Source: Promethearchaeota archaeon
GTDB taxonomy: Archaea; Asgardarchaeota; Lokiarchaeia; Sigyniarchaeales; SOKP01
Assembly (NCBI GenBank): GCA_016839585.1
Contig: JAEOTZ010000001.1
Coordinates: forward strand, 3,076 to 67,075
Direction of reading: 5' to 3'
Length of the DNA: 64,000 nt
The first letter of the stretch is position 1. Each line of letters starts with the position of its first letter. The translations under genes were made by a program, and so were the position numbers. Below, piece after piece: positions 1 through 9,553 of this stretch. A model generated the notes under the pieces. That model did not search any database. It saw only the letters and a list, made by a program, of their open reading frames with translations, and was not told where the DNA came from.

Positions 1-2994
1 ATTCAATCTTCTATAGATTTAGCAGATTCGGGTTATAAAATTTATCTCGCAGAATCAACAACCAGTATTGGTGGGGTTATGTCTCAATTAGATAAAACAT
101 TTCCAACTAATGACTGTGCAATATGTATTCTTGCCCCGAAATTAGTAGAAACTGGACGACATGAAAATATCGATATTTTAATTAATTCTTCAATAGAAAA
201 AATTGAAGGTGAACCTGGTAATTTTAAGGTTGATTTGATTCAAAGAACTCTTCGTTTAGATCAAAATAAATGTACTGGATGTGGTTTGTGTGCTCAGCAA
301 TGTCCAATAGAGGCTATAGATTTTTTTAATGAGAAACTTTCTAATAAGGCAGCAATATCCGTAAAATTTCCACAGGCAGTTCCATTAGTGTTTTCAATTG
401 ACAAAGACAAATGTATAGGCTGTGGAATTTGTAAGGGAATATGTAAAGCAAAAGCCATAGATTATGAACTTCAAAATAAAGAAATTAACCTTAATGTAGG
501 TGCTGTAGTATTAGCAATAGGGTTTGATGAATACGATCCTACCCCTTTAAAGCAATTCGGCTATGGCAAATATCTAAATGTAATCACTAGTATTGAATTT
601 GAGCGTATTCTAAGTGCTAGTGGACCACACTCAGGTTTAATAATTCGCCCTTCTGATGGAATTATTCCTAAAAAAATTGCCTTTTTAAATTGTATTGGTT
701 CAAGGGACAGAAAGCAGGGTAATAATTATTGCTCTTCAGTATGTTGCATGTATACTACAAAAGAAGCAGTAATAGCGAAAGAGCATATGAATATTATAGA
801 TCCAACCATTTTTACAATGGATATCAGAGCATATGGTAAAGATTTTGATAAATATATTGAACGAGCAAAGGATGAGTATGGAATAAGATATATCAGGCGT
901 AGAATATCTTCTATTAAAGAAATTCCGGACTCTAAAAATTTAAAAGTTTATTATGAAACAGGAAAGGGAAAAATTATTGAAGAAATTTTTAATCTAGTCG
1001 TCCTTTCTGTAGGAATGCAACCTAATCAAAAAGCAAAAGAATTAGCACAGAAATTAAATATCCAATTAAATGAATATGGGTTTTGTAAAACTGATACTTT
1101 TACTCCAGTAGAGACCTCTAGACCCGGTATTTATGTTTGTGGGGCTTTTGCGACTCCTAAAGATATTCCAGAAACTGTTATTGAAGCTAGTGCTGCAGCA
1201 GGATGTGTAAATGTTCTTCTATCAGAAGCAAGAAATAAATTAGTCACAAAGAAAGAACTTCCCGAAGAATTAGACGTAAGTGATCAACCACCGCGAATAG
1301 GGGTATTTATATGTCATTGCGGGATAAATATTGGTGGGGTCGTTGATGTTCCTAATGTAGTTGAATATGTTAAAACTTTACCTGATGTTGTTTATGCTGA
1401 ACATAATTTATATACTTGTTCAGCAGATACTCAAACTAATATTAAAGAAAAAATAGAAAAAAACCAACTTAATAGAGTAATTGTTGCGTCCTGCACTCCA
1501 AGAACTCATGAAGCTTTATTTCAAGCAACAATAAGAGAAGTCGGTTTAAATAAATATCTATTTGAAATGGTAAATATTCGAGATCAATGTTCGTGGGTTC
1601 ATATGCATGAACCTGAAAAAGCAACGGCAAAATCAAAAGACTTATTGCGCATGTCAGTAGCAAAGGCTAGCCAATTAATTCCTTTACAGGAGCAAGAAAT
1701 AGCTGTAATAGATAAAGGTTTGATTATAGGTGGTGGTGTATCTGGAATGTCAGCAGCATTAAATCTAGCTTCTCAAGGTTATGATGTTTACTTAATTGAA
1801 AAGGAAGATTCTCTAGGGGGAATTGCTAGAAATCTTTATCGGACCCTTGAAAATGATAATATTCAAGAATATCTTAAAAATTTAATAAAAAATATTGAAA
1901 ATAATCAACTTATCCAAGTATTTAAAAATGCTCAAATCAATTCAATTTCAGGATATATTGGGAATTTTTCCACAAACGTAAGCTATGGAAATAATAACAA
2001 AAGTGCTGATCTTGATCATGGAATAATAGTTGTAGCAACTGGAGCTAAAGAATATCAACCAAAGGAATATAATTTTGGACAAGATCCAAGAATTATAACC
2101 CAAACTCAATTTGAAAAAGATCTTTTTACTACAGATAAAGTAAAAGGATTGAAATCAATAGTTATGGTTCAATGCGTTGGTTCCAGAAATGAAGATCACC
2201 CATATTGCAGCAGAATATGTTGCTCAGAAGCCATTAAAAATGCGTTAAAAGCAAAAGAAATCAATCCTAACATAGAAATAGTGATTCTATATCGTGATAT
2301 TAGAACATATGGTTTTAAAGAAAAATATTACAACTTAGCACGAGATAAAAAGGTTATCTTCGTTAGATTTGATGAAACTAAACCTCCAGAATTAAAAATT
2401 AAAAATAAACAGGTAAAAATAATAGTAAACAATCCAGATTTAGGAAAAATTGAAATAAACCCTGATTTAATTGTATTAAGTACGGGTCTCGTAGCACCCA
2501 TAAAAGAAAATGAAGAATTAGCAAAAATGTTAAAAGTTCCCCTTAATGAGGACAAATTCTTTTTGGAAGCTCATGTTAAATTGAGACCAATTGATTTTGC
2601 AACAGATGGTATATATTTATGTGGGAGCGCACATTCACCTAAAGATCTTCGAGAATCAATAGCACAATCCAATGGAGCTGCTGCTCAAGCAGTAAAAATT
2701 TTAAGCGCTGAAAAACTTGTAACATCTGGGCTTGTAGCTGTTGTAATAGAAGAAAACTGCATTGGCTGTGGAAGTTGTGTCGAAGTCTGCCAATTTAATG
2801 CCATAGAATTAATAGAGAAAGAAAGAACATTCGAAGATTTTTCAATGCGTACAATGAAATCTCATATTAATCCTGCGCTCTGTAAGGGATGTGGTACGTG
2901 TGGTGCTCAATGTCCTAATTCAACAATAATTATTAAGCACTTTGGTTTTGAGCAAATCAATGCTATGATTTCTGCTCTATTAGTCCAAAGTTAA
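1..2994 (+). CDS. hdrA: Heterodisulfide reductase subunit A-like flavoprotein, tandem HdrA-HdrA fusion, Cys-type; 5' end lies outside the window
   Basis: Frame 1 is open from base 1. IQSSIDLADSGYKIYLAESTTSIGG precedes the ATG at 79 and parallels the FAD-site region of the paralog at 31,430-31,550. Motifs seen: DCAIC, two CxxCxxCxxxCP pairs, CSSVCC and CSRICC, CHCGINIGG, a second GGGVSG FAD site, and a C-terminal 2x[4Fe-4S]. Confidence 0.85.
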   Translation: MQSSIDLADSGYKIYLAESTTSIGGVMSQLDKTFPTNDCAICILAPKLVETGRHENIDILINSSIEKIEGEPGNFKVDLIQRTLRLDQNKCTGCGLCAQQCPIEAIDFFNEKLSNKAAISVKFPQAVPLVFSIDKDKCIGCGICKGICKAKAIDYELQNKEINLNVGAVVLAIGFDEYDPTPLKQFGYGKYLNVITSIEFERILSASGPHSGLIIRPSDGIIPKKIAFLNCIGSRDRKQGNNYCSSVCCMYTTKEAVIAKEHMNIIDPTIFTMDIRAYGKDFDKYIERAKDEYGIRYIRRRISSIKEIPDSKNLKVYYETGKGKIIEEIFNLVVLSVGMQPNQKAKELAQKLNIQLNEYGFCKTDTFTPVETSRPGIYVCGAFATPKDIPETVIEASAAAGCVNVLLSEARNKLVTKKELPEELDVSDQPPRIGVFICHCGINIGGVVDVPNVVEYVKTLPDVVYAEHNLYTCSADTQTNIKEKIEKNQLNRVIVASCTPRTHEALFQATIREVGLNKYLFEMVNIRDQCSWVHMHEPEKATAKSKDLLRMSVAKASQLIPLQEQEIAVIDKGLIIGGGVSGMSAALNLASQGYDVYLIEKEDSLGGIARNLYRTLENDNIQEYLKNLIKNIENNQLIQVFKNAQINSISGYIGNFSTNVSYGNNNKSADLDHGIIVVATGAKEYQPKEYNFGQDPRIITQTQFEKDLFTTDKVKGLKSIVMVQCVGSRNEDHPYCSRICCSEAIKNALKAKEINPNIEIVILYRDIRTYGFKEKYYNLARDKKVIFVRFDETKPPELKIKNKQVKIIVNNPDLGKIEINPDLIVLSTGLVAPIKENEELAKMLKVPLNEDKFFLEAHVKLRPIDFATDGIYLCGSAHSPKDLRESIAQSNGAAAQAVKILSAEKLVTSGLVAVVIEENCIGCGSCVEVCQFNAIELIEKERTFEDFSMRTMKSHINPALCKGCGTCGAQCPNSTIIIKHFGFEQINAMISALLVQS

Positions 2995-3011
2995 ATAATA
3001 AGGTATAAATT

Positions 3012-3443
3012 ATGTCCAAGTCAAAAAAGAAATTAAGTAAAAAGGATTTTCATCCAAATATATTGTGTTTCTGCTGTAATTGGTGTAGTTATGCTGGAGC
3101 AGATTTAGCTGGAGTCTCACGATTTCAATACCCTCCCACTATTAGAATAGTACGTGTAATGTGTTCTGGTAGAGTAGACCCCGCTTTCATTTTAGAGGCA
3201 TTTAAAGATGGTATTGATGGAGTTATTGTGACAGGTTGTCATATTGGTGACTGTCACTACCTAAAGGGAAATGAATTTGCGAGGGATAGATTTGAACGTT
3301 TTCAAGAAGTTTTAAAAATATTTAATCTTGATAAAAGATTTAGACTTGAATGGGTAAGTGCCTCCGAAGGTAAACGATTTGCTGAAGTTATCACTGAATT
3401 TACTAATAAAATTAAAAAATTAGGCCCTTTATTTGCTACTTAA
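3012..3443 (+). CDS. mvhD: MvhD-like (methyl-viologen-reducing hydrogenase delta subunit family) [2Fe-2S] protein, Cys-type
   Basis: CFCCNWCSYAGADLAG and VTGCHIGDCHYLKGN motifs. Starts 18 nt after hdrA, the typical HdrA-MvhD pairing. Confidence 0.85.
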   Translation: MSKSKKKLSKKDFHPNILCFCCNWCSYAGADLAGVSRFQYPPTIRIVRVMCSGRVDPAFILEAFKDGIDGVIVTGCHIGDCHYLKGNEFARDRFERFQEVLKIFNLDKRFRLEWVSASEGKRFAEVITEFTNKIKKLGPLFAT

Positions 3444-3466
3444 AAATTTGAAATTATTGTGATTAT

Positions 3467-4243
3467 ATGTCAACAACACTTTATTATTTTACTGGAACAG
3501 GTAATTCTCTTTGCGTCACAAGAGGTCTTTGTAATTCTCTCGCAGATTGTGAAATACAATCAATATCAAAAATCTGGAATCAAGAAAAACTTGAAGCTTC
3601 AAGCGATAAGGTTGGATTGATCTTTCCACTGTATTATTGGGGGTTACCACTTATTGTAAAAGAATTTATCCAAAAAATGAACTTTATGAAAAGTTCGTAT
3701 ATATTTGCAGTAGTAAATGCTGGTGGGGATGTACCGGGAATCCCTTTTTTGCAATTAGATCAAATTTTAAAAGAAAATTCAAAACGATTAAACGCAAGTT
3801 TTTTCTTATCCATGCCTTCAAACTATATCGTTGGAGGAAGTCAAGCAACTGCAGAGGAACAAAGAGAGAAATTAATAAACGCTAAAGAGATAATATCAAG
3901 GATTGCGGATAAAATTATAATTAAAGAGGACACCCCCGTGATATCCACAATTGAAAGGAAAGCTATAACGATTGAAAAGATGAACGCTAAATTTCATAAA
4001 AAAGTTAATGAATCTGATAAGTTCTTTTATGTAGATGAAAATTGCTCCGGTTGTGGTATATGTGAGACTGTCTGTTCATTAAATAATATTATAATGACAG
4101 ATTCAAAACCAGAATGGCTTCATAAGTGCCAGCAATGCCTTGCTTGTATTAATTATTGCCCAGAAAATTCAATCCAATATGGAGATGTAACTATAGGCAA
4201 AAGAAGATATCATCACCCAAGGATTACTCCGGAGGATTTATAA
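3467..4243 (+). CDS. Flavodoxin-like domain fused to a 2x[4Fe-4S] ferredoxin domain (EFR1-like ferredoxin)
   Basis: N-terminal YYFTGTGNS flavodoxin-like loop; C-terminal CSGCGICETVC and CQQCLACINYCP clusters. Confidence 0.6.
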   Translation: MSTTLYYFTGTGNSLCVTRGLCNSLADCEIQSISKIWNQEKLEASSDKVGLIFPLYYWGLPLIVKEFIQKMNFMKSSYIFAVVNAGGDVPGIPFLQLDQILKENSKRLNASFFLSMPSNYIVGGSQATAEEQREKLINAKEIISRIADKIIIKEDTPVISTIERKAITIEKMNAKFHKKVNESDKFFYVDENCSGCGICETVCSLNNIIMTDSKPEWLHKCQQCLACINYCPENSIQYGDVTIGKRRYHHPRITPEDL

Positions 4244-4302
4244 GCCACGCAGTTAAATATCTCATATTCATAAGATTATTTCTTCAAGAGTGTGAATCAT
4301 AG

Positions 4303-4671
4303 ATGAGATTGGTGTGTAGAGATTGTGGGTCATTTTTAATAGTTCAAAACGAATCATTAACCCAATGTCCCCAATGTGGATCAGAAAATATAGAAACTCG
4401 TTTAATTAATTCTGCAAGACGACAAGAACCAACGATATTTGAGTGTAAAGATTGCGGATTTGGAATCAAAGTTAAAGATAAGCAATTCAAAGTATGCCCT
4501 CAATGTGGTTCAAGCAATATAGGAATTAGTTCGATTAGTTCTACAAGTAGGCAAGAAGGAAAATCAATTAATTCTACATTTGGTTCGGATATTTGGTGTT
4601 GTCTATGTGAAATTCTTGTCCCCCTTATTGGATTTCTTATAATATATTTAGTTTTTATAGGGAGTGTATAG
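4303..4671 (+). CDS. Double zinc-ribbon protein with C-terminal membrane anchor
   Basis: Internally duplicated CxDCG...CPQCGS(E/S)NI modules, followed by a hydrophobic C-terminus (ILVPLIGFLIIYLVFIG). Confidence 0.5.
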   Translation: MRLVCRDCGSFLIVQNESLTQCPQCGSENIETRLINSARRQEPTIFECKDCGFGIKVKDKQFKVCPQCGSSNIGISSISSTSRQEGKSINSTFGSDIWCCLCEILVPLIGFLIIYLVFIGSV

Positions 4672-4839
4672 TGGATCTTTTAATTAATAAACTTTGAATA
4701 TGGTTTAATGACCAAATTTTCAGTATTTATTTCTTTAACATTTTACATGTTTTTTATAAAATTGATTTTGAATAATGATTCCAAGTTTATCAAATCTTTA
4801 ATTTGATAATCTTAAATATTAAAGATTGTTTCGTTACTA

Positions 4840-5307
4840 ATGAAATCTCTATTGGTCTTGTTTTCATATCATCATAAAAACACTGAAAAAATCGCTGATG
4901 TCTTCGTAAAAGTTCTTGATGCACAAATAAAAACCCCACAGCAAATAAACCCTGAGGAGCTTCAAGAGTATAGTCTAATAGGCTTTGGCTCAGGGATCTA
5001 TGGTGGAAAACACTATCAACTTCTTCTTGATCTTGCCGATACACTACCACAAGTCACCAACAGGAAAGCATTCATTTTTTCAACCAGTGCAATGACAGGA
5101 GAAGCCAAAGTCGCCAAAGATCACTCGCTGCTTAGGGAAAAACTGCAATCGAAAGGTTACATGATTGTTGATGAATTTAGTTGTAAAGGTTTTAACACAA
5201 ATAGTTTCCTAAAATATTTTGGGGGAATGAATAAGGGTAGACCGAATGCCGAAGACCTCAAACATGCGGAAGAATTTGCTCAGAACCTGAAGCAGAACCT
5301 GCAATAG
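4840..5307 (+). CDS. Flavodoxin-family protein
   Basis: About 155 aa. N-terminal LLVLFSYHHKNTEKIA and GFGSGIYGG loops resemble short flavodoxin-domain proteins. The antisense ORF 4790..5050 is judged spurious. Confidence 0.5.
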   Translation: MKSLLVLFSYHHKNTEKIADVFVKVLDAQIKTPQQINPEELQEYSLIGFGSGIYGGKHYQLLLDLADTLPQVTNRKAFIFSTSAMTGEAKVAKDHSLLREKLQSKGYMIVDEFSCKGFNTNSFLKYFGGMNKGRPNAEDLKHAEEFAQNLKQNLQ

Positions 5308-5630
5308 AAGTGAAACTTGAACACATGAATTTCCTTTGAAATTGGAATGGAAAGGTAAATTCAGAGTCTGCTTTCAATGAAAAATCCTTTGAAAAAATTA
5401 TAATGCTTAAGACGGGGATGGGGATGATAAAAGAACTAGTGATTTTTTTTATATATGGGGCGTTCTGCTTGGATTTATGTCATTATTAGAAGATAGATAA
5501 TTGAATTAGATATAATTTCTTATTATAATTTTCTGTTTAATTTTTAAGCTCTCTGTACTGTTCTAAATAAACATACCAAATGAAAATTCTGGAGCAGTTT
5601 GAAAGTAAGCTAACCACCGAACTTATAAAT

Positions 5631-6365
5631 TTAATGAGTCACTAGTTCTTTTTTAGCTTTTTTCATTGTTCTTGAGATTTTTTTTATGACTTTTTCATAC
5701 GGTAATATAAAACCATAAATTAATCCAAAAGATTTTAGAATTGATAAATGGATATCTTCGGACCAAGCTGCACAACAATCTTCCACAATAATTGTTTGAA
5801 ATCCATAATCATGTGCTTCTCGAGCAGTTGAATGGACACAAAAATTCGTCACAACTCCAGAAACTAGAATGGTTTCGATTTCCATATTTCTTAAGTAAGT
5901 GTCAAGCCTAGTTGAGATAAACGCTCCACTTGTATTTTTCTGTAATATGAAATCTCGATCTTCAGGCTTTAATTCTTCAATTATATCAGAGCTGGGGTGA
6001 GATATATGAGGAAACGCAACTTCTCCTACGAGATCTTTAGCTGTTTGATTTAAAATTTTTTGATTTTTTGGCAGATCACTCCCGTCAGGCATAAAACTTG
6101 AATATTTTGTGTATATTACTGTGATTTCAACTTCATGACAAAAGTTAATTAATTTTTGAAGATTTGGGATAACCTTTCTTTCTACTTCATTTACAAAATA
6201 ATCTAAGACTCCTGGAGCAACTTTGTTAAATGATTTATACGCAGCATAATCTTTCTTTAGTTGACATTTTTGCATATCAACAATAATCAATGCTGTTTTT
6301 GCAGGGATAATATCACCCATTAGTCCTTGGACAACTTTATATATCGTATTAAGCTTTTCTTCCAT
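5631..6365 (-). CDS. Isochorismatase-family cysteine hydrolase
   Basis: TALIIVDMQ and VSGVVTNFCVHSTAREA motifs (catalytic D, K, C pattern). Confidence 0.75.
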   Translation of the reverse strand: MEEKLNTIYKVVQGLMGDIIPAKTALIIVDMQKCQLKKDYAAYKSFNKVAPGVLDYFVNEVERKVIPNLQKLINFCHEVEITVIYTKYSSFMPDGSDLPKNQKILNQTAKDLVGEVAFPHISHPSSDIIEELKPEDRDFILQKNTSGAFISTRLDTYLRNMEIETILVSGVVTNFCVHSTAREAHDYGFQTIIVEDCCAAWSEDIHLSILKSFGLIYGFILPYEKVIKKISRTMKKAKKELVTH

Positions 6366-6805
6366 AATACCACATTAATTTTTTTTTCCAAATTTGTATA
6401 TATTTGATATATTTTTATTAGTACCTTTTTAATTTATATACCTTGTTAAAAAAATGTATTTAGGAGATTGATTTAATTTAAGTGGACTAGGAAAAGACTG
6501 GAGGTTCTGCTTGCATAGAAAGATTTTTCTCGGGGTTAGAATACTAAAAGACTACCTTTTTTGAATATTTAGATTAATTTAGGTTTTAATTAGATACTTT
6601 ACGTATTCAAAGGCTAAAAAAGTAAATTCAGTGTCTAATTTCAATGGAAATTCAATGGAAAAACGATAGAAACGTGATAAAAATGTATATAAACACCTCA
6701 ATAAAAGAATTAATTTATTATAATAATTATATTTAAATTCAAAAAAAAAAAAACCCACCTTTATGTTAGATGAAGAAATAAGATTAATAAGAGTGAATCA
6801 TTCTC

Positions 6806-8035
6806 ATGAACACAGAATCTAAGAAACCACGGCTCATCTTCCTTGATAATATAAAGGTCTTATTTGCTATTCTCGTGATTTTCACACATGTTAGGGTTAC
6901 CTATGGAGGGGAAGGATGGTGGTATTATATCTCCACACTAAATGAGTCTAATCCAATTGATACTTTCACCCTTATATTCTTTTACATGACAGCTGGATTT
7001 GCAGGTATTTTTCAAGCCTCACTCTTGGGATTATTCTTTTTGATGGGGGCTTATTTTACTCCTAGGAGTTATGATCGAAAGGGAGTCTCTTCTTTCTGGA
7101 AAGAACGATTTCTTCGTCTCGGCATTCCCATCCTTTTATATATTTTGCTAATTAATCCTCTTATTTTTTATCTCCTAGCCACTGGAGGAATTCAACCATG
7201 GGCTGCTAACCCAAGAATGCAAGGATCCTTTTTAGATTATTATTTAAGCAATTTTCAATCCCTAGAAAATTTCGTAGGATTTCTAACAACATTTACTATT
7301 ACGTGGTTTGTCGTGGTTCTATTAATTTTTTCTGCTGTTTATACTATTTGGCGTCAGATAACGAAAATTGACTCGATACAGCAACGAATCCCAAAGGAGT
7401 TGCCCATCCCAAAATACATCTATTTACTCCTTTTAGCTATTGGTTTAGGATTTCTCTCTTTTTTAGTTCGCATAAACTTTTCAATAATCGAAAGCCCGCT
7501 GGGATTACCATTAGCTTATATCATTCAGTATTTTATGATGTTCAGCGTTGGTGTCATCGCTTATAGGTATGGTTGGTTCGAAAAGATGACTAGACGTCAT
7601 GTCAAAGCCTGGGCTATTACAATATTTGCTACAGTTATGTTATTTTTTACATACTTCTTTGTTATTATAGGTGTGGATTCAGATTTTAGTGTTTTTTTTG
7701 GAGGAGGCACTTTACCATCACTTATATTTGCATTGGTAGATAATATCGCTTGTATGGGAATGATTTTTGTGTTACTTAAGTTTTTTTACGCAAAATTCAA
7801 CAAGCAAGGAAAAATACTACAGAATTTAGCCGATAGCTCATTCCATATGTACCTCATTCATCCAGTCGTCGTTATTCCTGTATCCCTTGGAATTGCATTT
7901 ATACCCCTTTCTCCTATTATAAAACTATTCATTGTTTTACCTGTATCAATCATCCTTTGCTATCTATTGAGTCATTTTGTCCTCGAAAAAATACATTTGA
8001 AAAAAGGCAAAAGAGTTCCTCAGAATAGATCATAA
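6806..8035 (+). CDS. Acyltransferase-3 family integral membrane protein
   Basis: RLIFLDNIKVLFAILVIFTHV opening and about 10 hydrophobic segments. Confidence 0.7.
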   Translation: MNTESKKPRLIFLDNIKVLFAILVIFTHVRVTYGGEGWWYYISTLNESNPIDTFTLIFFYMTAGFAGIFQASLLGLFFLMGAYFTPRSYDRKGVSSFWKERFLRLGIPILLYILLINPLIFYLLATGGIQPWAANPRMQGSFLDYYLSNFQSLENFVGFLTTFTITWFVVVLLIFSAVYTIWRQITKIDSIQQRIPKELPIPKYIYLLLLAIGLGFLSFLVRINFSIIESPLGLPLAYIIQYFMMFSVGVIAYRYGWFEKMTRRHVKAWAITIFATVMLFFTYFFVIIGVDSDFSVFFGGGTLPSLIFALVDNIACMGMIFVLLKFFYAKFNKQGKILQNLADSSFHMYLIHPVVVIPVSLGIAFIPLSPIIKLFIVLPVSIILCYLLSHFVLEKIHLKKGKRVPQNRS

Positions 8036-8217
8036 AAAATATAAGATAAAATAAAGATTTAAATTTGAAAGGAACATTTTCTTCGTGAAAGACTTGTTTC
8101 ACGTATATTATTAAATGATTAAAAGAGAATAGGGGGTTTGAAAATATGGAAGAAAAATATTTTCCCCTTTTCTTATTTTCACAATTTTAATATATTTTTT
8201 CACTTTTTATTAAAATT

Positions 8218-9528
8218 ATGAATCAGAATCCTAAGAAGAAATTTATAGGTACATTGTCCCAAAAAGATTTACTTAAACTCTATTCTCGTTATATTAATGC
8301 CCCAAAAGTACGTTTTTTTAAAAGCTTTGGGTTAGGTGTAATACCTGGAGAAAGGAAAGGAGTTATAATGAAGACATTGGAGGGTTTCAAATCAGGAGAG
8401 CCACCGTTAGAATTATACAATTGCCGTTCTTCGGGGGGTGTATTTAATTTGGGACACCGAAATCAAAGAATTATTCAAATTCTTAAAGATGCTTTAAATG
8501 GGGGATTAGATTTAGGCGATCACATTTTATTGTCTGAACAAAGGGCACTTTTAGGAAAAAAGCTAGCTGAATTAATGCCAGGTGATATTAGTAAAACCAC
8601 ATTTGGTGTTAGTGGAGGGGAAGCAATAGATTGTGCTATTAAGTTTTCGAGAGCCGTCACAAAAAGGAAAGGATGTATTTCTGCTGTAGGTGGTTATCAC
8701 GGACATACTGGTTTCGCTTTAGCGACAGGAGATCCAGATTTTAGAGATATATTTTTATGGAATCTTCCAGAATTTAAGCAAATACCTTTTGGTGATATTG
8801 ATGCTATGAAAAAAGCGGTTACAGAGGATATTGCTTGCGTTATACTAGAAACAATTCCAGCTACCGCGGGTATACTGATTGCTCCTGAAGGCTATTTTGC
8901 AGAAGTAAGAGAAATTTGTGATGAAACAGGTACCCTGATGATTATAGATGAAGTTCAAGCGGGACTTGGTAGAACGGGAGAATTGTGGGCAATTTATGGC
9001 GGATTATATCCAAATGAAAAAGTTGTACCTGATTTTATAGTATTAGGAAAAGGAATGAGTTCTGGAATTTATCCTCTGTCTGTTTGTAGTTATAAACCGT
9101 TTATTGAGAAAGCTGTTTACAAAGATGACCCTTTTATACAAATCTCAACTACAGGTGGTTCTGATATCGGTTGTGCAATCGCTTTAGAAATGCTAGAAAT
9201 CCAATCAGATCCAAAATTTTTAACTCATGTAAAAAAGATGGGAGATATTTTCCAAAAAGGTTTGGAAGAAATAAAAAAGGAATTTCCTGATTTAATTAAA
9301 GAAGTGAGAGGCAGGGGTCTAATGTGGGGCGTTGAATTCTATGATGAGACTGATAGCCAATTAGGTATGCTATCTATAATTAAAGAAGGAGTTCTTCTTG
9401 ATTATTGCCATAATAAAAAAGATACAATTAAAATTCTGCCTCCTTTAATTGTTCAAAAACAAGAACTCAATGAAATTCTTGCAAGAATACGCAGTGGAGT
9501 AGTTAAATTAAAGAAAGTAAAAACTTAA
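8218..9528 (+). CDS. Class-III (PLP-dependent) aminotransferase
   Basis: GVSGGEA, GYHGHT, IDEVQAGLGRTG and the VLGKG lysine region are typical of the acetylornithine/GABA aminotransferase family. Confidence 0.8.
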   Translation: MNQNPKKKFIGTLSQKDLLKLYSRYINAPKVRFFKSFGLGVIPGERKGVIMKTLEGFKSGEPPLELYNCRSSGGVFNLGHRNQRIIQILKDALNGGLDLGDHILLSEQRALLGKKLAELMPGDISKTTFGVSGGEAIDCAIKFSRAVTKRKGCISAVGGYHGHTGFALATGDPDFRDIFLWNLPEFKQIPFGDIDAMKKAVTEDIACVILETIPATAGILIAPEGYFAEVREICDETGTLMIIDEVQAGLGRTGELWAIYGGLYPNEKVVPDFIVLGKGMSSGIYPLSVCSYKPFIEKAVYKDDPFIQISTTGGSDIGCAIALEMLEIQSDPKFLTHVKKMGDIFQKGLEEIKKEFPDLIKEVRGRGLMWGVEFYDETDSQLGMLSIIKEGVLLDYCHNKKDTIKILPPLIVQKQELNEILARIRSGVVKLKKVKT

Positions 9529-9553
9529 CAATCATATAAAAAAATAAAAAAAA

